Source of the DNA: a virus
DNA: 64,000 bases
Strand: one strand, 5' to 3'
Virus record (IMG/VR): IMGVR_UViG_3300045988_182687
Coordinates: 71,005-135,004 of that record
Shown here: in pieces, positions 1-11,256 of the stretch
Layout: the number at the start of each line of letters is the position of its first letter
Numbering within the stretch: the stretch's first letter is position 1
Made by a program: the position numbers and the translations under genes
The notes under the pieces: generated by a model
Told to the model about the DNA's origin: nothing
What the model saw: only the letters and a program-made list of their open reading frames with translations
The model's database searches: none

Positions 1-7
1 TACGCCT

Positions 8-3000
8 TTGTATGGCTCACCGCAAAACTCTTCTGGTCCGAGGAGGGCTCCCGTTCGTGCATCGGGAACCATTACGACCGGCCTCGATATGGGTTATAAC
101 AGGAAGTGGATGGCTGAGTTTGCCCCCTATTCCAGTGCTGTTGAGAAATTCTTCAATGGCCAGCCAGCGTACTGTATTGAACCCCACAAGGGTGCCCCCG
201 GCGCGGGAACTTCCGTTGACGCCAGCGCGTATTGGGGAGACCAGCGGGTTCGTCTTGCTTTGGCTTATGGCTGGGGTGGCGCAGATGACTCGACGTTGCT
301 CTGGTATGCTGGCAACGGCACCTATGCTTGGTGCGCCACACAGGAAGTTATCTGGGAAATCGTCGGCGGCTACAGTGACCTGAGTGACCTGTTTGTGGGT
401 CCCGGTCATCAGTATGACCCTGAAGTTGCTGAACCTATCAAGGCAGCACACGATTATATCTGGGACATGATTAACCAGCAGGCACAGATTCCAAGTTTCG
501 CTGTTGGCAGACCTACTCAGACATATAACGATTTCGAGTTGGTATGGGATGGCACTTCTTGGTCATTGACAAGAACCGACACCAACAGAGTCCTGAGAAA
601 TTTTGGACGCTTCAAATTCTCTCTGTCTGGTGTAAGCACATCACGGAGCGGGAATAACCTAACAATTACAGCCACACCGGAAGCTGCAAGGAGTATGCTG
701 AACGGAATTGTGTCGCTTCCTTGCGAGGGAAATGTGATTGACCCTGATAGCGTCAATGCTTACCTTCTCGTTGCGGGAGGAAGCAAGCAGAATTGTGTTG
801 CCCTTAACGGTACGCCTGACCCTGTAACTTGCTATGTGCGGGCGAAGGTGACGCAAACAACCGGTAATCTGAACATCACAAAGACGTCTGAAAATGGGAA
901 AAACATTTCCAACGTCAGTTTTACTGTAACTGGGCCGAATGGGTATAACCGACTCTTTAAGACAAATACATCCGGCAAAATCAGCATTACAGACCTGCAG
1001 CCCGGAGCTTACACGATTACAGAAACTTCGCCGTTAGGATACTATGCTGTTAATCGGGTTCAGACTGCGACAGTTACGATTGGAGGTACGGCGAGTGTCT
1101 CTTTCCAAAACAAGGTGTCCCGGTGTACCGTGCAGGTAACGAAGACATCGGAAGACGGAGTTCTGCAAGGCTTCACCTTTACACTGAAGGGAACGTCTTA
1201 CGCGGGAGATACTGTAAATCTGTCTGCGACCACAAATGCGAACGGCAAGGCTACGTTCTCCAATGTCCCCTTGGGTTCCAACTATGTTCTTGCCGAGGTA
1301 AATACGCCCAGAAGATATGTAGCCCCTGCCAGCCAGACGTTTACGCTTTCGACGCCTAATACGTCTGTAACCAAAACATTCGAAAATAAATTGGCTCGCG
1401 GCAACGTGACTGTCACAAAGACCTCCGAAGATGGAAAAGTAAGCGGAGTCCAATTTAATCTGAAGGGCACGTCTTTGTCTGGCCAGACAGTAAACCTTAC
1501 TGAAACAACCAACGCCAGCGGCGTGGCCACGTTCTCCAATGTGCTTGTTGGTACATATACGCTGACGGAAGTAAATACAGGTAGGCAGTACGCCCCCGTG
1601 TCCGCGCAGAATGTCACGGTGCAGTATAACTCGACTGCGCGGGCGACTGTCAGCAACAAGTTGGCGCGTGGTTCGGTTCAAGTTACGAAGTCTTCTGAGG
1701 ACGGGAAAGTTGCCAATGTGAAGTTCCGCTTGCAGGGAACATCCATTGACGGCACCGCTGTTGACCTGTATGCTGTGACCAATGCCTCCGGTGTTGCGAC
1801 ATTCTCGAACGTCCTTATTGGAAGCTACATAGTGTCGGAAGTCAACGTGCCAGCCTATTATCAGGCCGTGAATCCCGTCAATGTTACAGTGACCATCAAT
1901 CGTAAATCCTCTGTATCTGTCCAGAATAGGCTCAAGGTAGGTGCCGTTCAGGTGACGAAGACCTCCGAGGACGGCGTTGTGAGCAATCTTTCATTTACGC
2001 TGACAGGTACTTCTGACGCGGGGACGACCGTCAGCATGACGGCAAAGACGGACGCTCAGGGCGTTGCGACCTTCTCCAATGTGCCCATTGGGACAAGGTA
2101 CACAGTACAAGAGTCCAGCACCCCTACCCGCTACGTTGTTCCGGATGTGCAGGATGGCGTTACCGTGAGGGTCAACGACACTACGAAGCTGTCCTTCCAC
2201 AATGACCTTGCGCGTGGAAGTCTTCGCGTTACCAAGACGTCTGAAGACGGATTTGTGTCCGGCGTGAAGTTCCATCTGGAAGGCACCTCTACATCTGGAG
2301 CTGCGGTGTCTCTGGATGCGACTACCAATGCAGCGGGCATTGCTGAATTCAAGAATGTGCTGGTGGGCAGCAGCTACGTTCTGACGGAGGTTGATACGGC
2401 TGCCCGCTATGTTGTCCCTGCGGTGCAGAACGGTATTGTAATCACTGTGGGGAAAACCACGGAGGCTTCGGTTTACAACAAGCTGGCTCGCGGAACGGTT
2501 ACTGTTACGAAGACTGCTGAGGACGGGCTGGTTTCCGGCATCAAGTTCCGATTGACCGGCACGGCAGGTAATGGTGACGCGGTGGATATGACCGCTACCA
2601 CCAATGCCAAAGGCGTAGCAACCTTCTCTGACGTTCTGATTGGCGAGAACTATTCCGTTCAGGAAGTTGGCACCGCCGAAAAGTATATCGTACCGGATGT
2701 CGTTTCTGGCATAAATGTAACGCTGAATAGAACTGCGAACGCCAATGTGCATAATAAGTTGGCTCGCGGTACAGTGAGTGTGACCAAGACCTCTGAAGAC
2801 GGTATCGTTGAGGGCATCAAGTTCCACCTGACAGGTACTTCTGCACAGGGTCAGCGCGTAGACATGATGGCTGTGACGAACGCTTCCGGCATTGCAACCT
2901 TCGATAATGTTCTTGTGGGTTACAACTACACGCTGGAGGAAGTTGACACCGCTGCACGGTATGTCATTCCTGCAGTAAAGGGCGGCATCAATGTAAAGCT

Positions 3001-6000
3001 GGATAAGACCACAACTGTTTCTGTTCATAATGTGCTGAAGAAGTGGTCTGTGACCGTTACAAAGCGCGATATCGAGACGACGACAGCGCAGGGCAACGCC
3101 ACCTTGCAGGGCGCCGTTTATGGCCTGTATAATGGCGACGAACTGGTGAAACAGTACACCACTGATGCGAATGGAAAGTTTGCTACGGACGTCTATGTTT
3201 GCGGCGATAATTGGACCATCAAGGAAATTGTTCCGTCCGTCGGCTATCTGCTGGATGACAGTGTATATCAAGTAGGCGCTGAGGCGAAGAACTACGTCAT
3301 CGAAATCAATGCAGCCCCCGATTTGGGCGTAACAGAAAAGGTCATCAAGGGCTACATTAAGATTTTCAAGCACTCGGATGTCGGTCCTACCGGCGTCGAG
3401 GAATCCCTCCCGACCGGAAAGGTCACACCCGAAGTTGGCGCTGAGTTCGATGTCTACCTGAAGGCGGCAGGAAGCTACGCTGCTGCGAAGACCACCGATA
3501 GAGACCACATTGTTGTGGACGAGGACGGGTATGCGACAACCAAGGCGCTGCCTTACGGTACATATGTTATCGAGCAGACAAAGCATTTTGAACACGCAGA
3601 TATGCTTTCTGGCTTTGAGGTGACTATTTCCGAGAATGGGAAAACTTATTTCTATGTGCTTAATGACCGTCCTTATTATGCTTCTGTTCGAGTGGTAAAA
3701 CAGGACGCAATGGACAATGTTCAAGTTCCTTACAGCGGAGCTGAGTTCCAGATATACGACCCAGATGGAACTCTTGTGTCCCTCAAGGCTGGGGCTAAAA
3801 ACATTGATACATTTAGGACGGATAATGACGGAAATTTGATAACCCCCGAAGAACTTCCTTTTGGTCGCGGCTATAAGCTGGTGGAAACCAAAGCTCCTCG
3901 TGGCTATCGCTTGAACTCCACTCCCGTTATATTCAATGTTGATTTTGAAAGTACAACCATGAATGACGGGGAAAAGGTCGTTGTCGTGAAGATGACAGAT
4001 GTGCCTGTAACGCCTCAAATCAAGACTGTAGCTAAGGGCGAGGCGGGGGAGAAAACCATGGAACCCCTGACATCTGTGACAATTAAGGATACGGTGTCCT
4101 GTACCGATGTCATTCCCGGCAAAACCTATACGGTGAATGGTTATCTGGTTTTGAAGTCTACTGGCGAGCCTCTTCTGGATGGCGCCGGTCACAGGATAAC
4201 TGCTACGAATACCTTTGTTGGCGGCAACAACTTTGAGGGGTCCACCGTGCTGTCCTTTACATTCGATGCTTCTCTTATTGCTGGAGATGCTGTAGTTGTA
4301 TATGATACGCTGCATCGTGACGGTGTAGAGGTGGCAACCCACAAGAGCATTTCGGACGCGGACCAGACCGTATCCTTCTTCGCACCCGAAATTAAAACTT
4401 CCGCCGTCAACCCTGATGGAAATGTGAAGGTTGTTGACCCCTCCATCGGCGTATCTATCGTGGATACGGTGTCCTATAAGCATCTCACTCCCGGACATAA
4501 GTACGTTTTGAAGGGGCAGATGATGGATAGGGACACGCAGCAGCCGGCAAAGGACGATAACGGAACATACATTGTCGGAACGACAACCTTTACTCCGGCG
4601 ACAACGGAAGGTTCGGTAGATGTGACCTTCACCTTCGATGCAACTGAGATTGCGGGTGTGCAGCTTGTCGCGTTCGAGAAACTCTACCATGTTGCCATCA
4701 GCAGCGATATCCCCGTTGCAACGCACGAGGACATTGAGGATGCGGAACAGACCGTAACAGTCGAGGCACCTGAGATTACCACTCATGCAACCAACGCCGA
4801 AGACGGAACTAAATTCCTTGACCCGCAGTACATGGTGAAGGTCAGGGACTCTGTTGCGTATGAAAAGGTCGTTGAGGGGCACACTTATCTGTTGACCGGA
4901 AAGGTGTTTGATAAAACGGCAGGCGAGTTTGTGAAGGATGCTGCCGGAAATGAAATTACCGGCACAACAAGATTTACGCCCACGGCGAAGGCCGGTACTG
5001 TGGATGTCGAGTTCGTTTTTGATGCTTCGGAACTGTATGGACATACTCTGGTCGTGTTTGAAAAACTGTCTTACAGGGGTGTTGTCCTTACCGTCCACGA
5101 AGATGAAGCAGATGCCGAGCAGACCGTGAATGTCTACAGCCCGAAGATTGGCACTACCGCTATTGATGGTGAGGGTACGGGTAAGTTTATTGACCCTGCG
5201 AAAAATGTTGTCATTAAGGATACGATTGCTTACGAACATCTTACCATAGGGCAGGAGTACACTATCATCGGTACAGTGATGAATAAGCGAACAGGTGAGG
5301 CTGTTGTTTCTGGTGGACGCACTGTAACGGTGACGAACACATTTACGCCGTCTGCGTCTAAGGGCAGCACCGAAATGGTCTTTACATTTGATGCTTCTGG
5401 TCTTGATGGAGATTCCCTTGTTGTGTACGAAGAGCTGTATTTCCGTGCATCTGACAGCACACCTTGTGCCATCCATAAGGATATCGGCGATGAAGGGCAG
5501 ACAGTTGTCGTGAACACTCCTACAATTCACACGACCATCAATGAGAGCATCTCTCTGAATAACTATTTCGAGCCGCTGAATGAAATTACCATTACGGATA
5601 CTGTGACCTATACAGACCTCGTACCCGGTCACAGGTACAAGGTGAAGGGCAATCTCGTTTCCAAAGACACCGGCGATGTTATCCGCGACGGTAATGGAAA
5701 TTTGGTGTCCGGTGAGGCAGACTTCGTTCCGACGACCAAGGATGGAAATGTTGATGTTAAATTCACGCTAAACGCCTCTATCCTGTATGGTCAGAGTGTC
5801 ATTGCCTTCGAGTCCCTGTATTACCACAACACAGTTATTGCCGAGCACAAAGACCTCGCTGACGAGAAACAGGAGGCTGTGTTCTTCGCTCCTGCGCTGA
5901 GTACAAAGGCTCTGAATAATGACGGCGATACAAACCTGATTGACCCTGCCAAGGGAACGCATATTGTGGACACTGTTTATTATCGCCACTTAACCCCTGA

Positions 6001-9000
6001 CCATGAATATACCGTTGTAGGTAAGCTGATGGATAAAATGACAGGGCTTCCTTTGCTGGATGCGAAGGGTGACGAGATTACCGGCAAAACCGTATTCACG
6101 CCGCAGCGGGTCGCGGGGGCGGTCAACGTTGAGTTTACATTTGACGCCAGCAATATGGCAGGGAAGACGCTCGTTGTTTTTGAGTATCTGTACTTCAACG
6201 AGGGCGATGAAACTCCCGCAGGAACGCATACGGACATTTCCGACCTGAAACAGAGCCTGACCTTCAACACACCAGCTATTAAGACCAGTGCGAAGAATGC
6301 GGAAGATAACTCCAAGTTCTTTGACCCTAAGAGCGCTGTAAGACTGGTAGATACCGTGAGTTATGAGGGTCTGTGCAAGGGACATGAGTACACGGTAAAT
6401 GGTGTCCTGATGGATAAAAAGACCGGTACGCCGGTTCTGAATACGGATGGCAACCCCGTTACCGGAACAACATCATTTATAGCTCGCAGTGCTGCCGGCA
6501 AGGTTAAGGTGGAGTTTGTTTTTGACGCTTCGCAGCTCTACGGAAAATCTCTGGTTGTGTTTGAGGAACTCGTGTTTAACGGAACGGTAATTGCGGAGCA
6601 TAGGGACCTTGACGACAGAAGTCAGACCGTAACAATCAATGTTCCCAGCATCTCGACAAGGGCTGTGAATACGGATGGCAAGGGTAAGATGCTTGATGCG
6701 GCGAAGGAAACCTCTATAACAGACACCGTTTCCTATTCCCATGTAACTCCCGGTCACGAGTACACCTTAGTGGGGCGATTGATGAATGGAGGAACTGGTG
6801 AGGAAATTCCCGGCACTGCAACACGGGTGAAATTCACTCCGAAGCGTACGTCTGGTGATGTGGACGTGACTTTCGCATTGGATGCATCTCTCCTTGCTGG
6901 TAAAAATGTAGTTGTGTTTGAGGAACTGTTCTTTAACGAAACGGACGCTGCTCCTTGTGCGACACACAAAGACCTTCGTGACGAAGCTCAAACCGTTACG
7001 GTAATGGAGCCGAGCATCGGAACTACCATGAAGGCAAGTCCTGATAAGAACCAGTTCTTTGTTTCTTCTCTGTCTACGGTTTTGGTAGATACCGTTACTT
7101 ATCACAACCTCATCCCCGGTCACACCTATGTCGCCGAGGGGCACTTGATGGACAAAGCTACTGGACGTGTTCTTGTTGGCGGAAATGGCGAGATTTCAGG
7201 GAGAACAGTATTCGTTCCCAAGTCCATGGATGGGTCTGTGGATGTCTATTTTACATTCGACTCTTCTGAGCTGTTCGGTAAAACGGTCGTAGCCTTTGAA
7301 ACCGTTTCCTACGGCGGTCACATTATTGCCAAGCATGAGGACATTAACGATGTTGACCAGTCGGCAACATTCTATAATCCTGAACTGACCAATACGACCG
7401 CCGTGAACGGTGAGGGCGGCAGCAAGTACATTGATGCAGCCAGAAATGTGGTTATCAAGGATACTGTAAAGTATGCACATCTACCTATAAAACACGATTT
7501 CAAGTTGCGTGGAACACTTGTTTTCCAGTCCTCCGGAGAACCCGTTTTGCTAAACAATAAACCTATTGTAGTTGAAAAATCCTTCACAGCGAAGAAAGCG
7601 GAAGGCTCTATCGACATGGAATTCGTCTTCGATGCATCTGGGCTGCAGGGGAAGAAAATTGTTGTTTTCGAGGAGTTGTTTTACGAAAATCAAACGATTG
7701 CTGCGGCAGCACATAAGGACCTTGGAGATGTCGGCCAGACTGTTACTGTTTCCAATCCTAAGGTGAAGACTGTTGCCTCCAATAAGGTCGATGGAAGTAA
7801 GATGCTTGAGCCGGATAAGAGAGTTACAATCCTCGATACAGTTTCTTTCTCTGGACTGATTGAGGGTCACACTTATAAGGTTTCCGGGACGCTGATGGAT
7901 AAGGCAACTGGCAATCCTGTGGTCGATGAAAGTGGCGAGACGATTACCGCTGAAAAGACCTTTAAGGCGAAGGCTGCTGGCGGAAGTGTTGATGTTGAGT
8001 TTACCTTTGCGGCCACAGAGTTGTACGGGAAAGACATTGTTGTTTTCGAGAAGATTTTCTGTAATGACACTGAGATTGCTTCTCACGAAAATATCAACGA
8101 CAGGGAACAGACGGTGACGGTTTATGCGCCTAACATCACTGGCACAACGGCGGTTGGAACTCTTGGAGGCGGTAAGCTGATTGACCCCGCAGACAATGTG
8201 AAAATCACCGACACTGTTACGTATGAACATCTGTCTGCTGGCCACGAATACACCTTACGCGGTACGTTAATGAACAAGGAAACGGGCGAGCCTATCAAAA
8301 ATGGCGGCACAGAGGTTGTGTCTGAACAGTCCTTTACGCCTGTGGAGGCGAGCGGTTCTGTGGATATGCAGTTTGTTTTCACTGCTTCCTTCTTGAAGGG
8401 CAAAGACATTGTTGTGTTTGAGGAAATCTATTTCAACTCCGAAGATACTGAACCGGTCGCCGTCCATAGGGATATCGACGATGGAAAACAGACCGTTTCT
8501 GTAATAAGCCCTGAAGTAAGGACTGTTGCCGTGAACAAAGAAGATAATGGCAAGGTCTTTGAGCCGGACCAGATGGTTACTCTGAAGGATACCGTGTTTT
8601 ACAACAATCTCATTACTGGACATAGATATACCGTGACCGGAACTCTGATGGATAAGGGAACCGGCAAGCCCATCAAGGATACTGCGGGAAGCATTGTGGC
8701 TTCTTCTGTGGAGTTTACTCCTGATGTTCCCTGTGGCACGGTGGATGTTGAATTCTCCTTTGCTGCAACTGAGTTGTATGGCAAAACCATCGTGGCGTTC
8801 GAGAAGCTAATCTTCAACGGAACTGTCATTGCGAGCCATGAGGATATCAATGACGAGGAGCAGACTACTACGGTTCACAACCCTGAAATCGTGAGGACTG
8901 TTGCTTTGAGCGAGGTGGATGGAGGTAAGTTCATTGATGCCTCTGAAACTTCTACCATCAATGATACCGTGGTATATCGTCACCTGTCTACTGGACACAC

Positions 9001-10927
9001 CTACACACTGAGAAGCAGCTTGGTCGATAAGACTACCGGCGAGCCTGTTCTGAATAACGGCGAACCTGTTGTTGCGGAGTCGCAGTTCACGCCTGGAAGC
9101 ACTGCTGGCTCGACTGTTGCGGCTATCGCTTTCGACGCTTCTGCCGTGAAGGGACGTGATATCGTGGTGTTCGAGGAACTGTTCTTTACTGCTGTTGACG
9201 AGGCACCTGTGGCGGCGCACAAGGATATTGAGGATGCTGACCAGACTGTGACCGTGGTAAAATCTTCTATCAAGACCTCCGCTGAGAACGCCGCTGATAG
9301 CACGAAGGTGTTTGAGCCTACTGCTGATGTCGTACTGAAGGATACCGTGACCTACGAAGGCCTCATCGTCGGGCATACGTACAAGGTTGTCGGTACTCTG
9401 ATGGATAAGGCAGCCGGCAAGCCCGTAGAGAACACAGAAGGGAAGACCATCACCGCAGAGACCACCTTTACGCCTGAGGCGGAGAGTGGTTCCGTGGTTG
9501 TTGAGTTCAAGTTCGACGCACGTACTTTCTTTGGACGTACGCTGGTCGTTTTTGAGAACCTGTACTATGGTAATTCCGTTGTTGCATCTCACAAGGATAT
9601 CAATGACGAAGACCAGTCTGTTGACGTCAAGGCCCCCATTATTGTTGGTACTACTGCGACCAACAAGGCCGATGGCGGAAAGCTGTTCGACCCTGCAGAA
9701 AAGGTTGTTTTGGTCGATACCGTGAAGTATGACCATCTCTCCGCTGCCCACAAGTATACGCTTGTCGGAAAGCTGATGGATAAGGCATCTGGCGAGGCAG
9801 TGAATGATAAGGACGGCAACCCTGTCACAGCTTCTACATCTTTTACTCCCGATGCGCTTTCCGGTTCCGTCGATGTGGTATTCGAGTTCGATGGTAAAGC
9901 TCTTGCAGGTAAGGATGTCGTTGTTTTCGAGTACCTCTTCTATAATGAGGGCGATGAAACCGCACTGACAACTCACGAGGACTTGGAGGATGCTGCTCAG
10001 ACCGTTACCTTCACAAACCCGTCTGTCAAGACATCTGCTTCCAATGCCTCCACCGGAAAGAAGACTTTCTCACCGTATGAAAAGGCCGAACTGGTCGATA
10101 CTGTGACCTACACAGGTCTCATTCCCGGCCATGAGTACACACTGGTCGGTACTCTGATGGAGAAGGTGAAGACTGGCGACAAGTTCGAGGGTAAGGAAGT
10201 AATGGACAAGGACAATAAGCCTTTGACCGCTACAGCGACCTTTACTCCTGAAAAGGCTGATGGCACAACGACCGTATCCTTCATCTTCAGCGCTCGTTCC
10301 GTGGCAGGGAAGACCCTTGTCGTCTACGAGGAACTCTTCTATGACAGCATGAGCATCGCTGCTCACGCCGATATTACGGATGAGGACCAGACCGTGACCG
10401 TTGACCGTATTCATTATCACAGCGGTCCTACCATGAGCACGACGGCAACATTTGCCAATGGCGCAAAGTCCAGCGGCTATGCCTCTCGCCTTGTGATTGT
10501 GGATACCGTGAGCTACTCCGGTCTGACTGTCGGCCAGACCTACACGCTGGTTGGTAAGTTGATGGATGCTCAGACGGGCGTGGCGCTCCGCGACACGAAC
10601 GATAGGGAAGTGACCTCCACGCTGACATTTACCCCGAAGACCTCCGATGGCTCCGTTGATATGAAGTTCTCCTTTAACGCGGGGAACATCAAGGGTGCGA
10701 AGATTGTCGTATTTGAGGAGATGTACGTCGGTAAGGACGTGGCTGGCACTCCGTACCTGAGCCATACCGATATCAATGATGCTGGTCAGACTGTGACTGT
10801 TACCGCATCTCCCAAGACTGGAGACGATGGCGTCGGCAAGTATGTCTCTTTGGGCTCGATTGCCTTGGGAACTGCAATTATTGTCGTTGTAGTGAGCAAC
10901 GTCAAGAGAAGAAAGAAAAATAAGTAA
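8..10927 (+). CDS. Giant sortase-anchored adhesin of the thioester/isopeptide/ester-domain class (5'-partial at window edge): N-terminal thioester-type domain, Cna B-type repeats, about 18 ester-bond repeat domains, C-terminal SPKTG sorting signal
   Basis: ORF open from the window start, 3639 aa. N-terminus carries Y-C-I-E-P (Cys at about nt 173) and T-Q-E-V-I-W (Gln at about nt 341), matching thioester-domain Cys/Gln motifs. About 9 repeats of roughly 95 aa carry VTKTSEDG plus the 'TD...G...L..G.Y...E...P.GY' Cna B/SpaA-type signature (nt about 880-3050). About 18 repeats of roughly 140 aa each end in H-x-D-x-x-D-x-x-Q-T-V, the intramolecular Thr-Gln ester-bond motif (nt about 4020-10800). 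C-terminus is SPKTGDDG + hydrophobic helix + RRKKNK, a Clostridial (S/P)PxTG sortase signal. Confidence 0.85.
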   Translation: MYGSPQNSSGPRRAPVRASGTITTGLDMGYNRKWMAEFAPYSSAVEKFFNGQPAYCIEPHKGAPGAGTSVDASAYWGDQRVRLALAYGWGGADDSTLLWYAGNGTYAWCATQEVIWEIVGGYSDLSDLFVGPGHQYDPEVAEPIKAAHDYIWDMINQQAQIPSFAVGRPTQTYNDFELVWDGTSWSLTRTDTNRVLRNFGRFKFSLSGVSTSRSGNNLTITATPEAARSMLNGIVSLPCEGNVIDPDSVNAYLLVAGGSKQNCVALNGTPDPVTCYVRAKVTQTTGNLNITKTSENGKNISNVSFTVTGPNGYNRLFKTNTSGKISITDLQPGAYTITETSPLGYYAVNRVQTATVTIGGTASVSFQNKVSRCTVQVTKTSEDGVLQGFTFTLKGTSYAGDTVNLSATTNANGKATFSNVPLGSNYVLAEVNTPRRYVAPASQTFTLSTPNTSVTKTFENKLARGNVTVTKTSEDGKVSGVQFNLKGTSLSGQTVNLTETTNASGVATFSNVLVGTYTLTEVNTGRQYAPVSAQNVTVQYNSTARATVSNKLARGSVQVTKSSEDGKVANVKFRLQGTSIDGTAVDLYAVTNASGVATFSNVLIGSYIVSEVNVPAYYQAVNPVNVTVTINRKSSVSVQNRLKVGAVQVTKTSEDGVVSNLSFTLTGTSDAGTTVSMTAKTDAQGVATFSNVPIGTRYTVQESSTPTRYVVPDVQDGVTVRVNDTTKLSFHNDLARGSLRVTKTSEDGFVSGVKFHLEGTSTSGAAVSLDATTNAAGIAEFKNVLVGSSYVLTEVDTAARYVVPAVQNGIVITVGKTTEASVYNKLARGTVTVTKTAEDGLVSGIKFRLTGTAGNGDAVDMTATTNAKGVATFSDVLIGENYSVQEVGTAEKYIVPDVVSGINVTLNRTANANVHNKLARGTVSVTKTSEDGIVEGIKFHLTGTSAQGQRVDMMAVTNASGIATFDNVLVGYNYTLEEVDTAARYVIPAVKGGINVKLDKTTTVSVHNVLKKWSVTVTKRDIETTTAQGNATLQGAVYGLYNGDELVKQYTTDANGKFATDVYVCGDNWTIKEIVPSVGYLLDDSVYQVGAEAKNYVIEINAAPDLGVTEKVIKGYIKIFKHSDVGPTGVEESLPTGKVTPEVGAEFDVYLKAAGSYAAAKTTDRDHIVVDEDGYATTKALPYGTYVIEQTKHFEHADMLSGFEVTISENGKTYFYVLNDRPYYASVRVVKQDAMDNVQVPYSGAEFQIYDPDGTLVSLKAGAKNIDTFRTDNDGNLITPEELPFGRGYKLVETKAPRGYRLNSTPVIFNVDFESTTMNDGEKVVVVKMTDVPVTPQIKTVAKGEAGEKTMEPLTSVTIKDTVSCTDVIPGKTYTVNGYLVLKSTGEPLLDGAGHRITATNTFVGGNNFEGSTVLSFTFDASLIAGDAVVVYDTLHRDGVEVATHKSISDADQTVSFFAPEIKTSAVNPDGNVKVVDPSIGVSIVDTVSYKHLTPGHKYVLKGQMMDRDTQQPAKDDNGTYIVGTTTFTPATTEGSVDVTFTFDATEIAGVQLVAFEKLYHVAISSDIPVATHEDIEDAEQTVTVEAPEITTHATNAEDGTKFLDPQYMVKVRDSVAYEKVVEGHTYLLTGKVFDKTAGEFVKDAAGNEITGTTRFTPTAKAGTVDVEFVFDASELYGHTLVVFEKLSYRGVVLTVHEDEADAEQTVNVYSPKIGTTAIDGEGTGKFIDPAKNVVIKDTIAYEHLTIGQEYTIIGTVMNKRTGEAVVSGGRTVTVTNTFTPSASKGSTEMVFTFDASGLDGDSLVVYEELYFRASDSTPCAIHKDIGDEGQTVVVNTPTIHTTINESISLNNYFEPLNEITITDTVTYTDLVPGHRYKVKGNLVSKDTGDVIRDGNGNLVSGEADFVPTTKDGNVDVKFTLNASILYGQSVIAFESLYYHNTVIAEHKDLADEKQEAVFFAPALSTKALNNDGDTNLIDPAKGTHIVDTVYYRHLTPDHEYTVVGKLMDKMTGLPLLDAKGDEITGKTVFTPQRVAGAVNVEFTFDASNMAGKTLVVFEYLYFNEGDETPAGTHTDISDLKQSLTFNTPAIKTSAKNAEDNSKFFDPKSAVRLVDTVSYEGLCKGHEYTVNGVLMDKKTGTPVLNTDGNPVTGTTSFIARSAAGKVKVEFVFDASQLYGKSLVVFEELVFNGTVIAEHRDLDDRSQTVTINVPSISTRAVNTDGKGKMLDAAKETSITDTVSYSHVTPGHEYTLVGRLMNGGTGEEIPGTATRVKFTPKRTSGDVDVTFALDASLLAGKNVVVFEELFFNETDAAPCATHKDLRDEAQTVTVMEPSIGTTMKASPDKNQFFVSSLSTVLVDTVTYHNLIPGHTYVAEGHLMDKATGRVLVGGNGEISGRTVFVPKSMDGSVDVYFTFDSSELFGKTVVAFETVSYGGHIIAKHEDINDVDQSATFYNPELTNTTAVNGEGGSKYIDAARNVVIKDTVKYAHLPIKHDFKLRGTLVFQSSGEPVLLNNKPIVVEKSFTAKKAEGSIDMEFVFDASGLQGKKIVVFEELFYENQTIAAAAHKDLGDVGQTVTVSNPKVKTVASNKVDGSKMLEPDKRVTILDTVSFSGLIEGHTYKVSGTLMDKATGNPVVDESGETITAEKTFKAKAAGGSVDVEFTFAATELYGKDIVVFEKIFCNDTEIASHENINDREQTVTVYAPNITGTTAVGTLGGGKLIDPADNVKITDTVTYEHLSAGHEYTLRGTLMNKETGEPIKNGGTEVVSEQSFTPVEASGSVDMQFVFTASFLKGKDIVVFEEIYFNSEDTEPVAVHRDIDDGKQTVSVISPEVRTVAVNKEDNGKVFEPDQMVTLKDTVFYNNLITGHRYTVTGTLMDKGTGKPIKDTAGSIVASSVEFTPDVPCGTVDVEFSFAATELYGKTIVAFEKLIFNGTVIASHEDINDEEQTTTVHNPEIVRTVALSEVDGGKFIDASETSTINDTVVYRHLSTGHTYTLRSSLVDKTTGEPVLNNGEPVVAESQFTPGSTAGSTVAAIAFDASAVKGRDIVVFEELFFTAVDEAPVAAHKDIEDADQTVTVVKSSIKTSAENAADSTKVFEPTADVVLKDTVTYEGLIVGHTYKVVGTLMDKAAGKPVENTEGKTITAETTFTPEAESGSVVVEFKFDARTFFGRTLVVFENLYYGNSVVASHKDINDEDQSVDVKAPIIVGTTATNKADGGKLFDPAEKVVLVDTVKYDHLSAAHKYTLVGKLMDKASGEAVNDKDGNPVTASTSFTPDALSGSVDVVFEFDGKALAGKDVVVFEYLFYNEGDETALTTHEDLEDAAQTVTFTNPSVKTSASNASTGKKTFSPYEKAELVDTVTYTGLIPGHEYTLVGTLMEKVKTGDKFEGKEVMDKDNKPLTATATFTPEKADGTTTVSFIFSARSVAGKTLVVYEELFYDSMSIAAHADITDEDQTVTVDRIHYHSGPTMSTTATFANGAKSSGYASRLVIVDTVSYSGLTVGQTYTLVGKLMDAQTGVALRDTNDREVTSTLTFTPKTSDGSVDMKFSFNAGNIKGAKIVVFEEMYVGKDVAGTPYLSHTDINDAGQTVTVTASPKTGDDGVGKYVSLGSIALGTAIIVVVVSNVKRRKKNK
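45..605. repeat. Copy A of an inter-gene duplicated segment covering the thioester-domain coding region (pairs with 13131-13692)
   Basis: nt 171-549 appear identical to 13258-13637 (379 of 380). Flanks are about 85-90% identical by eye. Confidence 0.8.
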
Positions 10928-10950
10928 ACGTAGGACCAAAGGTGTTAAAT

Positions 10951-10984
10951 AGACCGGAGTTTTGGCTCCGGTCTATTTTTTTTG
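10951..10984 (+). terminator. Rho-independent terminator after adhesin 1
   Basis: agaccggag/ctccggtct stem followed by a T9 run, immediately after the stop codon. Confidence 0.75.
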
Positions 10985-11118
10985 AAAAAATTATTTGATT
11001 GAAAACAGAAGGAAGGGAAGCGTGCAAAACCGTTGCAATATAAGGGGTTTCCGTCTTTGCGAGGCACAAGGCTTTGTGGTTCAAGATGAGAAAACGAAAA
11101 ATTTTCCAAAAACCACAC

Positions 11119-11147
11119 TTGACATTTTTTTATAATCGTGCTATTGT
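11119..11147 (+). promoter_or_regulatory. sigma-A type promoter (P1) with extended -10
   Basis: TTGACA, 17-bp spacer, TGcTATTGT. Shares the 'cTTGACATTtTTTTAT..TCGTGy' architecture with P2, P3 and P4. Confidence 0.55.
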
Positions 11148-11256
11148 AAGCACATCAAAAATAATGTCAAGTTTTCCACAGCTTAAACCTCGTCACGGTC
11201 TATTATTTAATTACATTCCATGAGCAAATTTTGAAATGAATGAAAGGACAAGAACT

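Noticed and set aside
17-451. Minus-strand 144-aa ORF, duplicated as 12552-13538
   Set aside because: Identical antisense ORFs exist only because the underlying sense sequence is the duplicated thioester-domain coding segment. No ribosome-binding site.
1991-5632. Minus-strand ORF of 1213 aa, and similar ones at 14229-18419, 8807-9976, 7550-8245 and 10070-10939
   Set aside because: They lie antisense to the adhesin genes. Their composition is Cys/Arg/His-rich and repeat-mirroring with no ribosome-binding site. They are a by-product of long GC-rich repetitive coding sequence on the other strand.
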